From a virus: 64,000 nucleotides of DNA. The stretch covers positions 10,128 to 74,127 of IMG/VR virus record IMGVR_UViG_3300027896_000002; one strand, written 5' to 3'. A program made the translations under genes and the position numbers. Positions 19,995 to 30,089 of this stretch are shown one piece after another. Below the pieces are notes generated by a model. The model saw only the letters and a program-made list of their open reading frames with translations. It was not told the DNA's origin and did not search any database. The first letter of the stretch is position 1, and every line of letters starts with the position of its first letter.

Positions 19995-20839
19995 AAGATG
20001 TTACCTCAGAATATACTAACAAGGAAAAGGCAGCCAAAAGAAAGCCCGTTGAACTTTATCACATTTGGGCAGGCGCCGGGGATCAATTGAATATTAATAC
20101 CTGGTACTATACGAGCGGTGATATTATTGTGTCGTTTGGAACTCCACCCCATGACTATGTTCCTGCCACTTTGAAACGAAGTCTGGTTCAATATGATGCT
20201 TCAAATGAAGTTACAAAAATGACTTTGCAAGCCGCTTACATCGAGAATCCTGCCCTTGAATTTATTAGCATCAACCCGATCGAAATTATTTGGATTGAGG
20301 TAATGAGACTTCACAGGGATCAGGTACCCCTTGAGGCAGACGTGGTCTTTGTTGGGCAGATCAAGAATGTTTCATTTAAGGGGACAGCGGCAAATGCCGA
20401 GTGCGTTGGCTTTGAGCATTTTCTTTCAATGCCAATTCCCCGCTATCGGTATCAACTCACCTGTAACTGGATGCTTTTTGAACCTAAATGTACCTTAGTT
20501 AAAGATGGAAGTAGTCCTGTTTTTAAGGTTGAGACAATCGTGACGGTTGATTCTACGGGGACAATTTTAACCAGTGCAGCTTTCTCTGCATTTGATGACG
20601 GGTACTTTATCTTTGGGTCGCTTGAATTTGGAGATGATGCCCGAACGATCGTCGATCACATTGGGAGTGGGATCACGATCAACTTTAAGATTAAGGCCCT
20701 TGTTAGTGGAGACATTATTAAAGCTTATCCTGGATGCGATGGTAGGATCACAACCTGTAGGGATAAATTTAATAATCTTTTGAATTTTTTAGGGTTTCCT
20801 TTTATCCCAGAAGAAAACCCGACATTAAGGAATTATTAA
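19991..20839 (+). CDS. Tail hub protein (DUF2163/BR0599-like)
   Basis: YQLTC...LF..KC and PGCDG..TC..KFNN..NF.GFPFIP Fe-S-type Cys motif. Confidence 0.85.
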   Translation: MKDVTSEYTNKEKAAKRKPVELYHIWAGAGDQLNINTWYYTSGDIIVSFGTPPHDYVPATLKRSLVQYDASNEVTKMTLQAAYIENPALEFISINPIEIIWIEVMRLHRDQVPLEADVVFVGQIKNVSFKGTAANAECVGFEHFLSMPIPRYRYQLTCNWMLFEPKCTLVKDGSSPVFKVETIVTVDSTGTILTSAAFSAFDDGYFIFGSLEFGDDARTIVDHIGSGITINFKIKALVSGDIIKAYPGCDGRITTCRDKFNNLLNFLGFPFIPEENPTLRNY

Positions 20840-21291
20840 TGAAGTATTTTTTTGAAGACATTGAGCGGCAAAGGAAATTAAGGAAGATTTTAGATGAATG
20901 GATCGGGACGCCTCACCGTCACCACTGTGGCGTAAAGGGGTTGGGGACTGATTGCATTCACTTTGTCGCCCGCGTCCTTGAAGAGATGGGGATATTGAAG
21001 TGGCGAAAGGATTTAGTGCCTGATTATCCACCTGACTGGCACATGCATAATACAAAAGAGCTGTTAAAAGAGCATCTTGAGAAAGAAATTCGAGGCGAGT
21101 GGGTTAACTTGAATACCCTGGTCAATGGTGACATAACCCTTAGTTATTTTGGAAAAGCCTCATCACACGCGGGTATTTACATGGATGGGTCTATCTACCA
21201 GGCTTTGGATCGTATTGGAGTAAGAAAAATTAATTTTAATGATCCGTGGTTAAAAAAACATATAAAATTTGCATATAGGATTTTAATATGA
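20839..21291 (+). CDS. NlpC/P60 family tail-associated peptidase
   Basis: WIGTP.H...KG.G.DC, HAGIY. Confidence 0.9.
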   Translation: MKYFFEDIERQRKLRKILDEWIGTPHRHHCGVKGLGTDCIHFVARVLEEMGILKWRKDLVPDYPPDWHMHNTKELLKEHLEKEIRGEWVNLNTLVNGDITLSYFGKASSHAGIYMDGSIYQALDRIGVRKINFNDPWLKKHIKFAYRILI

Positions 21292-23762
21292 GCACGGGTG
21301 GAGCGATTGGTGGAATATTGGGTGCAGTGATTGGCGCCCTCTTTGCTTATTTTACAGGGGGACTTAGCATTGTAGCAGGCGCCCTTATTGGGGGTTCGAT
21401 TGGTTATACGGTTGGCACTATCATTGATCCTCAAAAGCCAGATGTAAGAACCGCTGGCGTTCCGATTCAGGCCCTTCAATTCATGTCAAATGTGATAGGA
21501 TCTCCAATTCCTGATTTATTGGGGACGGGAAAAATTGTTGGATTTCTTCTTTGTTTTGGAAAAGAAAGAACTGTGGCAACTTGGCAAAGGACTGGAGGGA
21601 AAGGTGGTTCAGGAAGTGGTAGGCAATTCGCTGGTTATAATTATTATGCCTCTTGGGTTGTGGGAATTTGCTTAGGTCCGATTGATTCACTTTATACTAT
21701 TTTTAGAGATTCGGAGGATGTCGTTTGGACGGGTGAGGTTACTCTTCCTGTATCGGGTGGGAAGCAAACGATTGCAATACCAATTATGGGGTCGGTTGAT
21801 TTTTATTTTGGAACGAATGATCATCAACTTAACCCCCGCATTGCGGAGACTTTGCAGGCGGCCAGTCAATTGACTCAAGCCGCTGGAATTTTAAGTGGAG
21901 ACACAGTCATTGAACTTTCTGACAGTACCTTTTTTAATGTTAATGATCGCATCCTTATCTATGGCACAGCTACTGAATTGTCGGCAGATTGGGAAGAAAA
22001 TCATATCATCCAGTTGAAAGCTGGTGCTAATATTACCCTTACCACTCCGATGCTCTATTCTTATGTCAACGCGACAGTCTATAATTACAGTGCAGTTGGA
22101 GGTGTAGGTACCGCGATCAATTATCCATACCGAAATCTTTGTTTCGCTTTCTTTGACGACTGTCTTCTTGGAGGTTCAAACAGAATTCCAAGCATGCAAT
22201 TTGTGATTAGAAAATCTCCGGTTATTGCCTTTTCACCCTTTAATCAGATTCAAACTTTTGATTATAATCCAGCTCATGCCATGTGGTACATTTTGAAGAG
22301 CATGACTGGATTTCCAGAGGGATGGCTTCATGAGGGTGATTTCGCAGATTTGGCAGAAAAACTTGCCCTTGAAAATCGGGGGATTAGCCTTTTGATCGAT
22401 TCACTTCAAGCTTGTCTTAGTTATATTGAAAATATTGACACCCACATCGATGGCATCTTGCGATATGGTTCGGACGGAAAATTTCATCCTAAACTAATCA
22501 GAAATGATTATATTCTTGGAGACCTCCTCTCTATCGATGAATCAATGCTCATAGATGAACCAGAAATTTCGAGGAAAAGTTGGATCGATACCGTCAACGA
22601 GATGAAAGTTCAGTATTCAGAGATTACGGGGACTACAGGAAGAGTTACAGCCATGGGCCAGTATCTTGGATTCATTCCCCTTCATTTAGAAATTGATGGG
22701 GATTATGTCTATGTTTGTGGCCAGCAGGCATACGGCGTAGGAGAAACGAGTTACTATTATGCCGCAGTGAGGAAAATGAATGTAAGTGACTTGATGATAG
22801 TGGACGAGTTTGATCTTCACCAAGCGACTGACAACTTGAACAATGCCTTTTACCGAGTTCACGTGGATGGAGACTATTTGTATTTGGTTGGTTCTTCCTA
22901 CGTAGATGGCAAGGTTCAAACTGTTATTACCAAAAGAGATAAGAATAACCTTGCTATTGGACTTTGGACAAACTATCATTACCTTGGAGATCCAGCTTAT
23001 TCGGTTAACACAGGGATGGATTGCATTACAGATAATTTTTATTTATATGTTACAGAAAGCTGGAATGATGCTTATTACCATCAAGCGGCGTGGAGGCAAA
23101 AATTGAATAAATTGGATGGCTCCTTAATTTGGGAAGGAGGCTGGCCTTCCGTTATGACAGGTTATGATGGGATAGTCGATGCTGATCCCTACGTTATCAT
23201 AGCAGGAACGGCAGGAGGAGATAGGGCCATAGAGAAGATAAATATGGCAACGAATGCGTCTAATATATACAGTGTTTCACGTGATCGCTATTCAAACGAG
23301 GGCATTGTTTTATATGATGATGGCTATTATTATGTTTGTGGTAAAGGTTATGCAACGGCATACGGTGATTTTAGAGTTTCAGTGTTAAAATACGATGACT
23401 TTTTTATAAAGGTCTGGGAATGGACCAAAAATTATTTTACCGCTCCGCCTGATTTAGTTGAAGAATTACTTAACTGCGTGGTAGATGCTTCGGGAGTCTA
23501 TTCGATAGGACGTTTACAATATAACCCAATTCCTGGCATCTATTATTATCAGGCGGTATTTGCAAAGGTGAGCCTTGATGGCTCCCCCCTATGGGATCTT
23601 CAGCATGAGACTCAGTACCGGGCGGCCATGAGAGCGATCGGGCTATTAGATACCGATACCTTTGTAGTTGGAACCTATGACGACAACCAGTCCGTTTCGA
23701 TCGTGGATCGTTATGGCTATCTTGAAAAAAGGCTAACAGCAACGGGGGCAATGATAGGATAA
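21288..23762 (+). CDS. Tail tip (megatron/gpJ-like) N-terminal part fused to a beta-propeller
   Basis: TM-like N-terminus, GICLGPID, DYNPAH, ENRGIS, TVNE.KV.Y; C-terminal ~370 aa with repeated VDGDY.Y.G/KYD blades. Confidence 0.75.
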   Translation: MSTGGAIGGILGAVIGALFAYFTGGLSIVAGALIGGSIGYTVGTIIDPQKPDVRTAGVPIQALQFMSNVIGSPIPDLLGTGKIVGFLLCFGKERTVATWQRTGGKGGSGSGRQFAGYNYYASWVVGICLGPIDSLYTIFRDSEDVVWTGEVTLPVSGGKQTIAIPIMGSVDFYFGTNDHQLNPRIAETLQAASQLTQAAGILSGDTVIELSDSTFFNVNDRILIYGTATELSADWEENHIIQLKAGANITLTTPMLYSYVNATVYNYSAVGGVGTAINYPYRNLCFAFFDDCLLGGSNRIPSMQFVIRKSPVIAFSPFNQIQTFDYNPAHAMWYILKSMTGFPEGWLHEGDFADLAEKLALENRGISLLIDSLQACLSYIENIDTHIDGILRYGSDGKFHPKLIRNDYILGDLLSIDESMLIDEPEISRKSWIDTVNEMKVQYSEITGTTGRVTAMGQYLGFIPLHLEIDGDYVYVCGQQAYGVGETSYYYAAVRKMNVSDLMIVDEFDLHQATDNLNNAFYRVHVDGDYLYLVGSSYVDGKVQTVITKRDKNNLAIGLWTNYHYLGDPAYSVNTGMDCITDNFYLYVTESWNDAYYHQAAWRQKLNKLDGSLIWEGGWPSVMTGYDGIVDADPYVIIAGTAGGDRAIEKINMATNASNIYSVSRDRYSNEGIVLYDDGYYYVCGKGYATAYGDFRVSVLKYDDFFIKVWEWTKNYFTAPPDLVEELLNCVVDASGVYSIGRLQYNPIPGIYYYQAVFAKVSLDGSPLWDLQHETQYRAAMRAIGLLDTDTFVVGTYDDNQSVSIVDRYGYLEKRLTATGAMIG

Positions 23763-23766
23763 TAGA

Positions 23767-25170
23767 ATGACAATAGATGCAATAAACATCAAACAGTCAA
23801 CCGCGGACCCAATGGTCATTGATACTGGGAATCAGAAGATTCAGCAGAGGGTTGCATCAAAGACAGTTCAGTTTGGGCTCTTTACCAATAACCGAAACGC
23901 CGTGTGGGCCTGTAAGAACCAATTGAGAAAGGAGTCCTACCCGTTCGCTACGCTTAATTTAAAGATGAATCGAAACGCTTTTCCCTTTGAGATTGGCGAT
24001 ACCTTTAAGTTCTCTTACTCAAAATATAACATCGTAGACATGGTGGTCAGGGTTCTGCAAAGAAGTGAAGCGGAACTTGAATCAGAGGAGATTAACATCA
24101 TAGTGATGGAAGACCTTTTTCAGATCACTAATACAATTTCAGAATATTCACCTTCTCAAGAACGTTCTCAACCGAGGGTTGATTATGCGGTTAAGAATAT
24201 CATTCACGAAAAGCTCTTTGAACCCGTCTATGCTTGGTCTCTTGGAGAAGTAGCTATAACTCCCCTGGCCGCTCGAGAGTCTCAGATTGACCTTGGGTTC
24301 AATGCTTATATGAGTTTGGATGGTGGGGCTTCCTATTCTCCAAACCCAATTGCCCAGGGATTATTTTTTAGGGCTTATGGGGCACTTATTGGAACCTATC
24401 CCAAGGAGACTTATGAAATCGACGAGCTGGTGGGAATGGTAATCGACTTTTCTAATGCAGATGTTGACTTAATTGAAAGTCAAACTTGGCCTATGATCCT
24501 TTCTGGGAATCAAAATCTTGCTCTTCTTGGAGATGAAATCATTTCTTTTAAGACCATCACACCAATTTCTGGATCTCAGTATAAGCTTGAGGACATAATT
24601 CGAGGGCGCTACGGTACGGAAAAACAGGCCCATGTCGATGGCGAAACCTTCTTTTTTCTTGGCCAAGATATTCCTGTCATTACGAACAATGACATTTCAA
24701 CGGGAGCTGATAGGTTCTTTAAGCTCGTAGGATTTAACGCCGTTGAGTTTGGGGATATTTCGGCGGCAACTGCCATGGAACATCAATTTTTAGGGGTGGC
24801 CAAAACGCCTTATGTCCCGATCAACTTTGAGGCTAACGGTGGCTCATTTGCCTCTCGGTATGATACCGACATCATTCTTACCTGGTCATCAAGGTATCGA
24901 AACAAAGGAGCGGGGATCGGAATTCCAGGGACGGTTCTTTCTGATCTGACCTATGAGGGGTTGTTTGAGATTGAGGTTTGGGTTGGAGGCATCAAGGTAA
25001 GAACCCAAAGCGCCATTGACGCTTTGACATGGACTTATACGGAAGCGATGAACATCTCTGATAATGGTTCTTTGGCGAGCGAGGTAACATTTAAGCTCTC
25101 TAACTATCGAACGGAAGACGGGATCACTTACTATTCAAGCCAAGCTCAAGTGACCTGTAAAAAGAATTAG
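23767..25170 (+). CDS. Tail tip protein C-terminal part
   Basis: SYP...L, EIGD.F, NLALLGDEIISF...RGRYGT motifs of GTA-like megatron. Confidence 0.75.
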   Translation: MTIDAINIKQSTADPMVIDTGNQKIQQRVASKTVQFGLFTNNRNAVWACKNQLRKESYPFATLNLKMNRNAFPFEIGDTFKFSYSKYNIVDMVVRVLQRSEAELESEEINIIVMEDLFQITNTISEYSPSQERSQPRVDYAVKNIIHEKLFEPVYAWSLGEVAITPLAARESQIDLGFNAYMSLDGGASYSPNPIAQGLFFRAYGALIGTYPKETYEIDELVGMVIDFSNADVDLIESQTWPMILSGNQNLALLGDEIISFKTITPISGSQYKLEDIIRGRYGTEKQAHVDGETFFFLGQDIPVITNNDISTGADRFFKLVGFNAVEFGDISAATAMEHQFLGVAKTPYVPINFEANGGSFASRYDTDIILTWSSRYRNKGAGIGIPGTVLSDLTYEGLFEIEVWVGGIKVRTQSAIDALTWTYTEAMNISDNGSLASEVTFKLSNYRTEDGITYYSSQAQVTCKKN

Positions 25171-25181
25171 GAGGAAATTTT

Positions 25182-26402
25182 ATGGACAACGATAAATATG
25201 GCCTTCACGATGTCCTCTATGGAGTGCAGGGTTGGGATGCGATCATGGCCACCGACATGCAGATCATCAACGACCAGATGCCGACGAGAATCATAGGGAC
25301 TCTCGGAGAAACTGTGGTAGCCTACGAAGCCTTGTACCAAAAGGCCGCTGATTCAAAATGGTGGAAGGCTAAGGCGGATGGGGCCAAGCAGCCATGCCAG
25401 GGGTTAGCGGTTGAGGGTGGAGATGCTGATGATGAGATAAGAATTCATCGGATGGGGGAGATTACCAATGTCTCTTGGGCTTGGGCAACTATCGGAGCGG
25501 CCATCTACCTTGACCCCTCTACGGAGGGTGCTTTGACCCAAACGCCTCCAGCTGATAACGTTCAAATAATTGGTTATGCTAAGGCGGCAACCATAATGAT
25601 TGTAATGATTCAGGTGGTTGGCACCGGAACCGTTATGGTTCATGCGCTTGGAGGAGACGCTCATAGCGCTGATCTTAAGGCAAATCTTGACAATAAAATC
25701 TCAGATGGGGATCTTTTTTCTACCCTCCCTGGTGAGATTAACATTTTAACGGAGAAAGATGTTCCTGTCGGAACTGATCTGCTTTTAATTGAGGACAGTG
25801 AAGCAGACAACGCTAAAATGAAGGTGCAAATTGCGAACTTACCCGCTGGTATACCTGCCCCTCATGCACTGGGAGGAGATCAGCACACTGCCGACTCCAA
25901 AGCCAACCTTGATTCTAAATTAACAGACGCGACACTCATTTCCACCCTCCCTGGGGAAATTGCCGTACTTGAAGAAAAAATTATTCTTGACGCTGACGAT
26001 GTGATACTTGCGGAGGATAGTGCCGACGATAATGAAAAGGTAATGGTGAAAGCATCCAATCTTCCTGGCGCTGTTTTCAGCCAGGGCGGAACAATTTATA
26101 AATCAGATGGGATAGTTGACGCAGCCAACATCATTATCTGGGAGGCACCTTTTGCCTGCACGGTGACGAACGTAAAAGGATACCGGGTGGGGGGAACTGG
26201 GGCAACGATCAACGCAAGAAAGAACGGAGCGTCAAATCACCTTTCATCAAACTTATCTTTGTCAAGCACCGATGCCTGGGAAGATGGCGGGGTGGTTCAA
26301 AATACTGCCTATGCCATTGAAGATAAGCTTGAGATCATGTTGGTTTCGGTGGCTGGCAACCCGACTCAGATAGCAATCAAAGTAAATTTCAAGAGGCCTT
26401 AA
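25182..26402 (+). CDS. Tail fibre-like virion protein with two ~70-aa internal repeats
   Basis: KAKAD, IYL....GALTQT.P N-domain; repeat HALGGD.H.AD.KANLD.K...EDS. Confidence 0.7.
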   Translation: MDNDKYGLHDVLYGVQGWDAIMATDMQIINDQMPTRIIGTLGETVVAYEALYQKAADSKWWKAKADGAKQPCQGLAVEGGDADDEIRIHRMGEITNVSWAWATIGAAIYLDPSTEGALTQTPPADNVQIIGYAKAATIMIVMIQVVGTGTVMVHALGGDAHSADLKANLDNKISDGDLFSTLPGEINILTEKDVPVGTDLLLIEDSEADNAKMKVQIANLPAGIPAPHALGGDQHTADSKANLDSKLTDATLISTLPGEIAVLEEKIILDADDVILAEDSADDNEKVMVKASNLPGAVFSQGGTIYKSDGIVDAANIIIWEAPFACTVTNVKGYRVGGTGATINARKNGASNHLSSNLSLSSTDAWEDGGVVQNTAYAIEDKLEIMLVSVAGNPTQIAIKVNFKRP

Positions 26403-26413
26403 AAGAGGTATAA

Positions 26414-27763
26414 ATGGCAAGACTTTGGACTTGTGGCTTTGAGCTAAATTCTACAACCACTGGGATCGAATGGTCTGGTGGTTCTCACAATGTTTCTATT
26501 GGAATAACGAACGTTAGAAGCGGGACCTATTCACTACACTTTCCAGCTAACATCCAAAGTTATATTTATCAGCATTTTAACTCTGGTAATGTCAATGGTC
26601 CTTTCTATTTTCGTATGTATGTCTATGTGACCCATGCCCCAGCAGGTGCATCAGATATTTTAGACTTTCAAGATTCAGGTGGCACTCATAGACTATATGT
26701 ATATCTTAACGCCGATATGACCTTAACCCTGAAAGATGGGGCGGGTGTTACAATAGGGTCATCATCTGCTTTTAGTTTAAATGATTGGCATTGCATAGAA
26801 GCCAGTTATTATAACAATGGGGTGTCTGGAAAGGCTGAATTGGAAGCACGCCTCGACTATGGCGCTTTTGCTTCAACAACGACAGATGCTAATAATGGAA
26901 CAGTTAATCTTGTAAATATTGGAAATGAGTTGAGTGACGCACAATTAATCTTTGACATAGATGACCTCGCGATAAACGACAATACGGGTGCATTTCAGAA
27001 TAGTTATCCAGGAAGCGGAAAAGTAATCCGTTTAAAGCCGAACGCCGATGGAGATGCACACGCATGGCTTAAATCTGGTGGCGGTGCAGGAGATGCAAAC
27101 AACTATAACCAGGTATATGAAGTAACCCCAGATAATGCGGCGACATATCTAAAGGCTTTAAACCTTAACGTAGAGGATTTTTACAATTGTGACAACTCTG
27201 GAATAGGGGCCGGTGATATCGTCAATGTGGTTCAGGTTGGTGTTAGGTTTTCAGGCTATGCCAGTGGTTCTTATGGGCAACAATTTAAGGTTGAGTGTAA
27301 GAAAGCTTCAGCTGGAACAATTGCCCAAGGTTCAGCGATTGTAGGGGTAAATAATTGGAGAACAAATACACCTTCTCTCCCGTTTTTTCCTACTCTTACT
27401 TTACATCAAGACCCAGATGGTGGTGCCTGGACGCAGGCTACGTTAGACACCATGCAGATAGGAATGAAACAAACTGGTTATTATGCAGGTTGTTATGATT
27501 ATGTTTCTACTATATGGGCTTACGTAGATTATACCCCGGCAGCAACCACGACGACTACTACCACTACAACCTCAACTACAACGACGACAACGACGACGAC
27601 CACCACGACGACGACGACGACGACCACCACCACCACTACTACCACCACCACCACCACCACTACTACGACGACCACTACTACGACGACCACTACTACGACG
27701 ACCACTACCACGACGACCACCACTACCTCGCCACCATTATTTGTCCTGTGGCTGAGCGGGTGA
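26414..27763 (+). CDS. Virion beta-sandwich/lectin-like protein with C-terminal poly-Thr tract
   Basis: CGFE N-terminus, RSGTYSL, WHCIE, IDDLAIND; 60 Thr + 1 Ser at 27545-27727. Confidence 0.7.
   Translation: MARLWTCGFELNSTTTGIEWSGGSHNVSIGITNVRSGTYSLHFPANIQSYIYQHFNSGNVNGPFYFRMYVYVTHAPAGASDILDFQDSGGTHRLYVYLNADMTLTLKDGAGVTIGSSSAFSLNDWHCIEASYYNNGVSGKAELEARLDYGAFASTTTDANNGTVNLVNIGNELSDAQLIFDIDDLAINDNTGAFQNSYPGSGKVIRLKPNADGDAHAWLKSGGGAGDANNYNQVYEVTPDNAATYLKALNLNVEDFYNCDNSGIGAGDIVNVVQVGVRFSGYASGSYGQQFKVECKKASAGTIAQGSAIVGVNNWRTNTPSLPFFPTLTLHQDPDGGAWTQATLDTMQIGMKQTGYYAGCYDYVSTIWAYVDYTPAATTTTTTTTTSTTTTTTTTTTTTTTTTTTTTTTTTTTTTTTTTTTTTTTTTTTTTTTTTTTTSPPLFVLWLSG
27545..27727 (+). repeat. Poly-threonine coding tract (ACN codons)
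   Basis: 61 codons mixing ACC/ACG/ACT/ACA with one TCA. Confidence 0.95.
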
Positions 27764-27777
27764 GAAAGGAGAAGATT

Positions 27778-27963
27778 ATGGAAAAAGTTTTATGTAAAGA
27801 TTGTAAGGCTTGGGAAAGAGATGGGGCAGACGGGATATGTTGTAAAAATGCTCCAAGGCCAGAATGTCTTCCAATCGATAAGAAAGGATATACTCTTGTG
27901 TTGCCAAGAACCCAGGCTAATGGAGGATGCTTTGAAGGCATCCTGATAGAGGTGGCAAGTTGA
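27778..27963 (+). CDS. Small Cys-rich protein
   Basis: MEKVLCKDCKAW...C..GC; SD AAGGAG. Confidence 0.6.
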   Translation: MEKVLCKDCKAWERDGADGICCKNAPRPECLPIDKKGYTLVLPRTQANGGCFEGILIEVAS

Positions 27964-29024
27964 AGCTAAGCGTAATTATCCCAAATCGAAACGACACAGT
28001 GATGCTTGCCATCACGGTCAGAAGCATCCTTGAAGAGCTGAAAGCCGTGGAGGGTGGCGGGGAGATCGTGGTCGTTGACAATTCAGACGAGGACCTTTGG
28101 CTAATTTTGAAGACCATGAACGTTAGCCCTCTTGCCCTTCAATACGTCGAGGAGGGGAAAGTTCAACTCATCCATCAAAAGTTTCAAGGTATCTATTCGG
28201 CCAGGGCAGAGGCCATTCGAGCCGCCCGGGGGGAGTATGTCTATAACGTCGACAGCCACATGCTGGTCGGCCACAACACCCTGAAGGATATGGTTGACTT
28301 TATGGACGCAGATAAAGAGGGAAAGGTTGGCTTTGCCTTCTCGCCGATCGGTTGGTTCAGTGCCCACGAGGCCCTTGCAAGGCACGATATCCGAATTGAT
28401 CAGGGGACGATTTTTGGCAGCTGGGGAAAACGGTATTATAGGCCGATGAAGATCTGCTGGAACTTTGGCTCGTGCATCTGTCGAACGAGATGGTTCAATG
28501 AGGATTTTGGAGGATATGGTTTCTTTGATAAAAAAAGAATCTCATGGGGAGGGGGAGAATTTTATGCCGCCATAAAATCCTGGCTTCTTGGATATGAGAA
28601 CTGGGCGGTGCCGACAAGCCCTCAATACCACATTGGGCCATTTTCCAAGGAGATTGAAGCAAGAACATCCTACCGTTTTAGACAGTATGGGGGTTCAGGG
28701 AACGGAAAACTTGGGATAGGGATTTTTGCAGCTTTCTATGCTCTTGGCGGAGACGAGATGAAGGAAGAGGCATGGAACGCAGAAATTGCTGGAGTGGGTA
28801 AAAATTATGGCATCAGCGTCGAGCGAGATTGGGAAACGGCCAAGGAACTTGCCCACGAGGATTGGCTGTGGTTAAAGGAAAAGCAGAAGCTAACCTATTT
28901 TAAGCTCATGGAAAAACAACCCTGGAAAGAGGACGGATGGGGAGATTGGGAAAATTGGAAGCCAGACAAAGACGCTGGGATAAAAAGGGTCTTCAATCTG
29001 GCCAACTTAAAAGTGATTGGTTGA
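27960..29024 (+). CDS. Glycosyltransferase (GT2; ppGalNAc-T-like motifs)
   Basis: SVIIPNRN, EIVVVDN, ARGEY...DSH (DxH), WGGGE. Confidence 0.85.
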   Translation: MKLSVIIPNRNDTVMLAITVRSILEELKAVEGGGEIVVVDNSDEDLWLILKTMNVSPLALQYVEEGKVQLIHQKFQGIYSARAEAIRAARGEYVYNVDSHMLVGHNTLKDMVDFMDADKEGKVGFAFSPIGWFSAHEALARHDIRIDQGTIFGSWGKRYYRPMKICWNFGSCICRTRWFNEDFGGYGFFDKKRISWGGGEFYAAIKSWLLGYENWAVPTSPQYHIGPFSKEIEARTSYRFRQYGGSGNGKLGIGIFAAFYALGGDEMKEEAWNAEIAGVGKNYGISVERDWETAKELAHEDWLWLKEKQKLTYFKLMEKQPWKEDGWGDWENWKPDKDAGIKRVFNLANLKVIG

Positions 29025-29473
29025 AAGGTGTCATCGCTGACGTTCATCCGAGCGTAAAGTTCGGAAAGAATTGTTTAGTCTGGTCTTTTGCCGTGATCTG
29101 TCAGGGCGTGGAGATAGGAGAAAATTGTGCAATCGGTTCGGGGGTGTTTATAGGAAAGAATTGCAGAATAGGCAATAACGTAAGGATCCAAGATAAGGCA
29201 CACTTGACTCCGGGCATGATCGTTGAGAACAATGTCTTCATCGGGCCATGCGTAGTAACAATGAACGATAAATATCCAGTTGTATTAAATCCTGATTATG
29301 CGAAACGGCCCCCTTATTTTGAGGAGGGGTGCTCAATCGGAGCTGGAGCAATCATACTTCCAGGAGTCCGAATAGGGAGGTTCTCTGTAATTGGGGCAGG
29401 GGCTGTCGTGACTAAAGATGTAATAGCAGAATCAATCGTGGTTGGATGCCCTGCAAAAAAGATAACTGATTAG
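28937..29473 (+). CDS. Hexapeptide-repeat N-acyltransferase (WbpD/FdtC-like)
   Basis: VFIGPCVVTMND.YP, SIGAGA.ILPGV.IG, VVGCPAK; start likely near 29021. Confidence 0.88.
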   Translation: MGRLGKLEARQRRWDKKGLQSGQLKSDWLKGVIADVHPSVKFGKNCLVWSFAVICQGVEIGENCAIGSGVFIGKNCRIGNNVRIQDKAHLTPGMIVENNVFIGPCVVTMNDKYPVVLNPDYAKRPPYFEEGCSIGAGAIILPGVRIGRFSVIGAGAVVTKDVIAESIVVGCPAKKITD

Positions 29474-29487
29474 GGAAGGAGATTAAA

Positions 29488-29910
29488 TTGAAAAAACTAA
29501 GATATGGCTTGATCGCTGGTTTCGGGTTGCTTTCTCTCATCTGTTTGTTGAATGGCCAGGCAGATGTTTATCCAGTGGTGGCACCTGAACCTTTTCGATT
29601 TTCTTTAACAGAAGTCGTGGGTTTGGTCAGCGGGATTGTTTCCGTATTTTTGGTTATTATGGGATTTTTGCTCAAGCGAACTGTCTTTGGAGAAATCGAT
29701 GGCGTAAAAAAATCGGTTGAAAAGATGGATACCAAGAAACAGGATAAGTCAATGTGTGAGCAAATTGAATCTACTGCTTGCAGGGATAGAGAAGAGATTA
29801 AGAAAGACCTTAAAGATGGAGTCAAAAAATTCAGCCGAATAGATCGAAACATTGACCGCATCATGATAAAAATGAAACTTCCAATCGAGGGTAATAGGAC
29901 TGATGATTGA
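29488..29910 (+). CDS. Membrane protein with coiled coil (holin/antiholin-like)
   Basis: Signal-like N-terminus, one TM, position at start of lysis module. Confidence 0.45.
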   Translation: MKKLRYGLIAGFGLLSLICLLNGQADVYPVVAPEPFRFSLTEVVGLVSGIVSVFLVIMGFLLKRTVFGEIDGVKKSVEKMDTKKQDKSMCEQIESTACRDREEIKKDLKDGVKKFSRIDRNIDRIMIKMKLPIEGNRTDD

Positions 29911-29926
29911 AGGAGGAAAAGAAATC

Positions 29927-30058
29927 GTGAAAGTAATTGTTTGGAGCGTTGTAATGTTTGCCATGTTTGTGGCGGGGTTGTTTGTTCCTAACGTTCGCAC
30001 CTTGGCTTTATTTGGATTGGTGGCAATATTTTGGGGCTTTGTAGTTTATAGTAAATAA
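29927..30058 (+). CDS. Small two-TM membrane protein
   Basis: GTG start with GGAGG; hydrophobic 43 aa; not in ORF track. Confidence 0.5.
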   Translation: MKVIVWSVVMFAMFVAGLFVPNVRTLALFGLVAIFWGFVVYSK

Positions 30059-30089
30059 ATTTATCAAAAACTAAAGGAGGAAAAAAATT

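Noticed and set aside
27514-27777. His/Asp-rich and poly-Val ORFs over the repeat
   Set aside because: Alternative-frame shadows of the ACN poly-Thr tract; the real downstream gene starts at 27778
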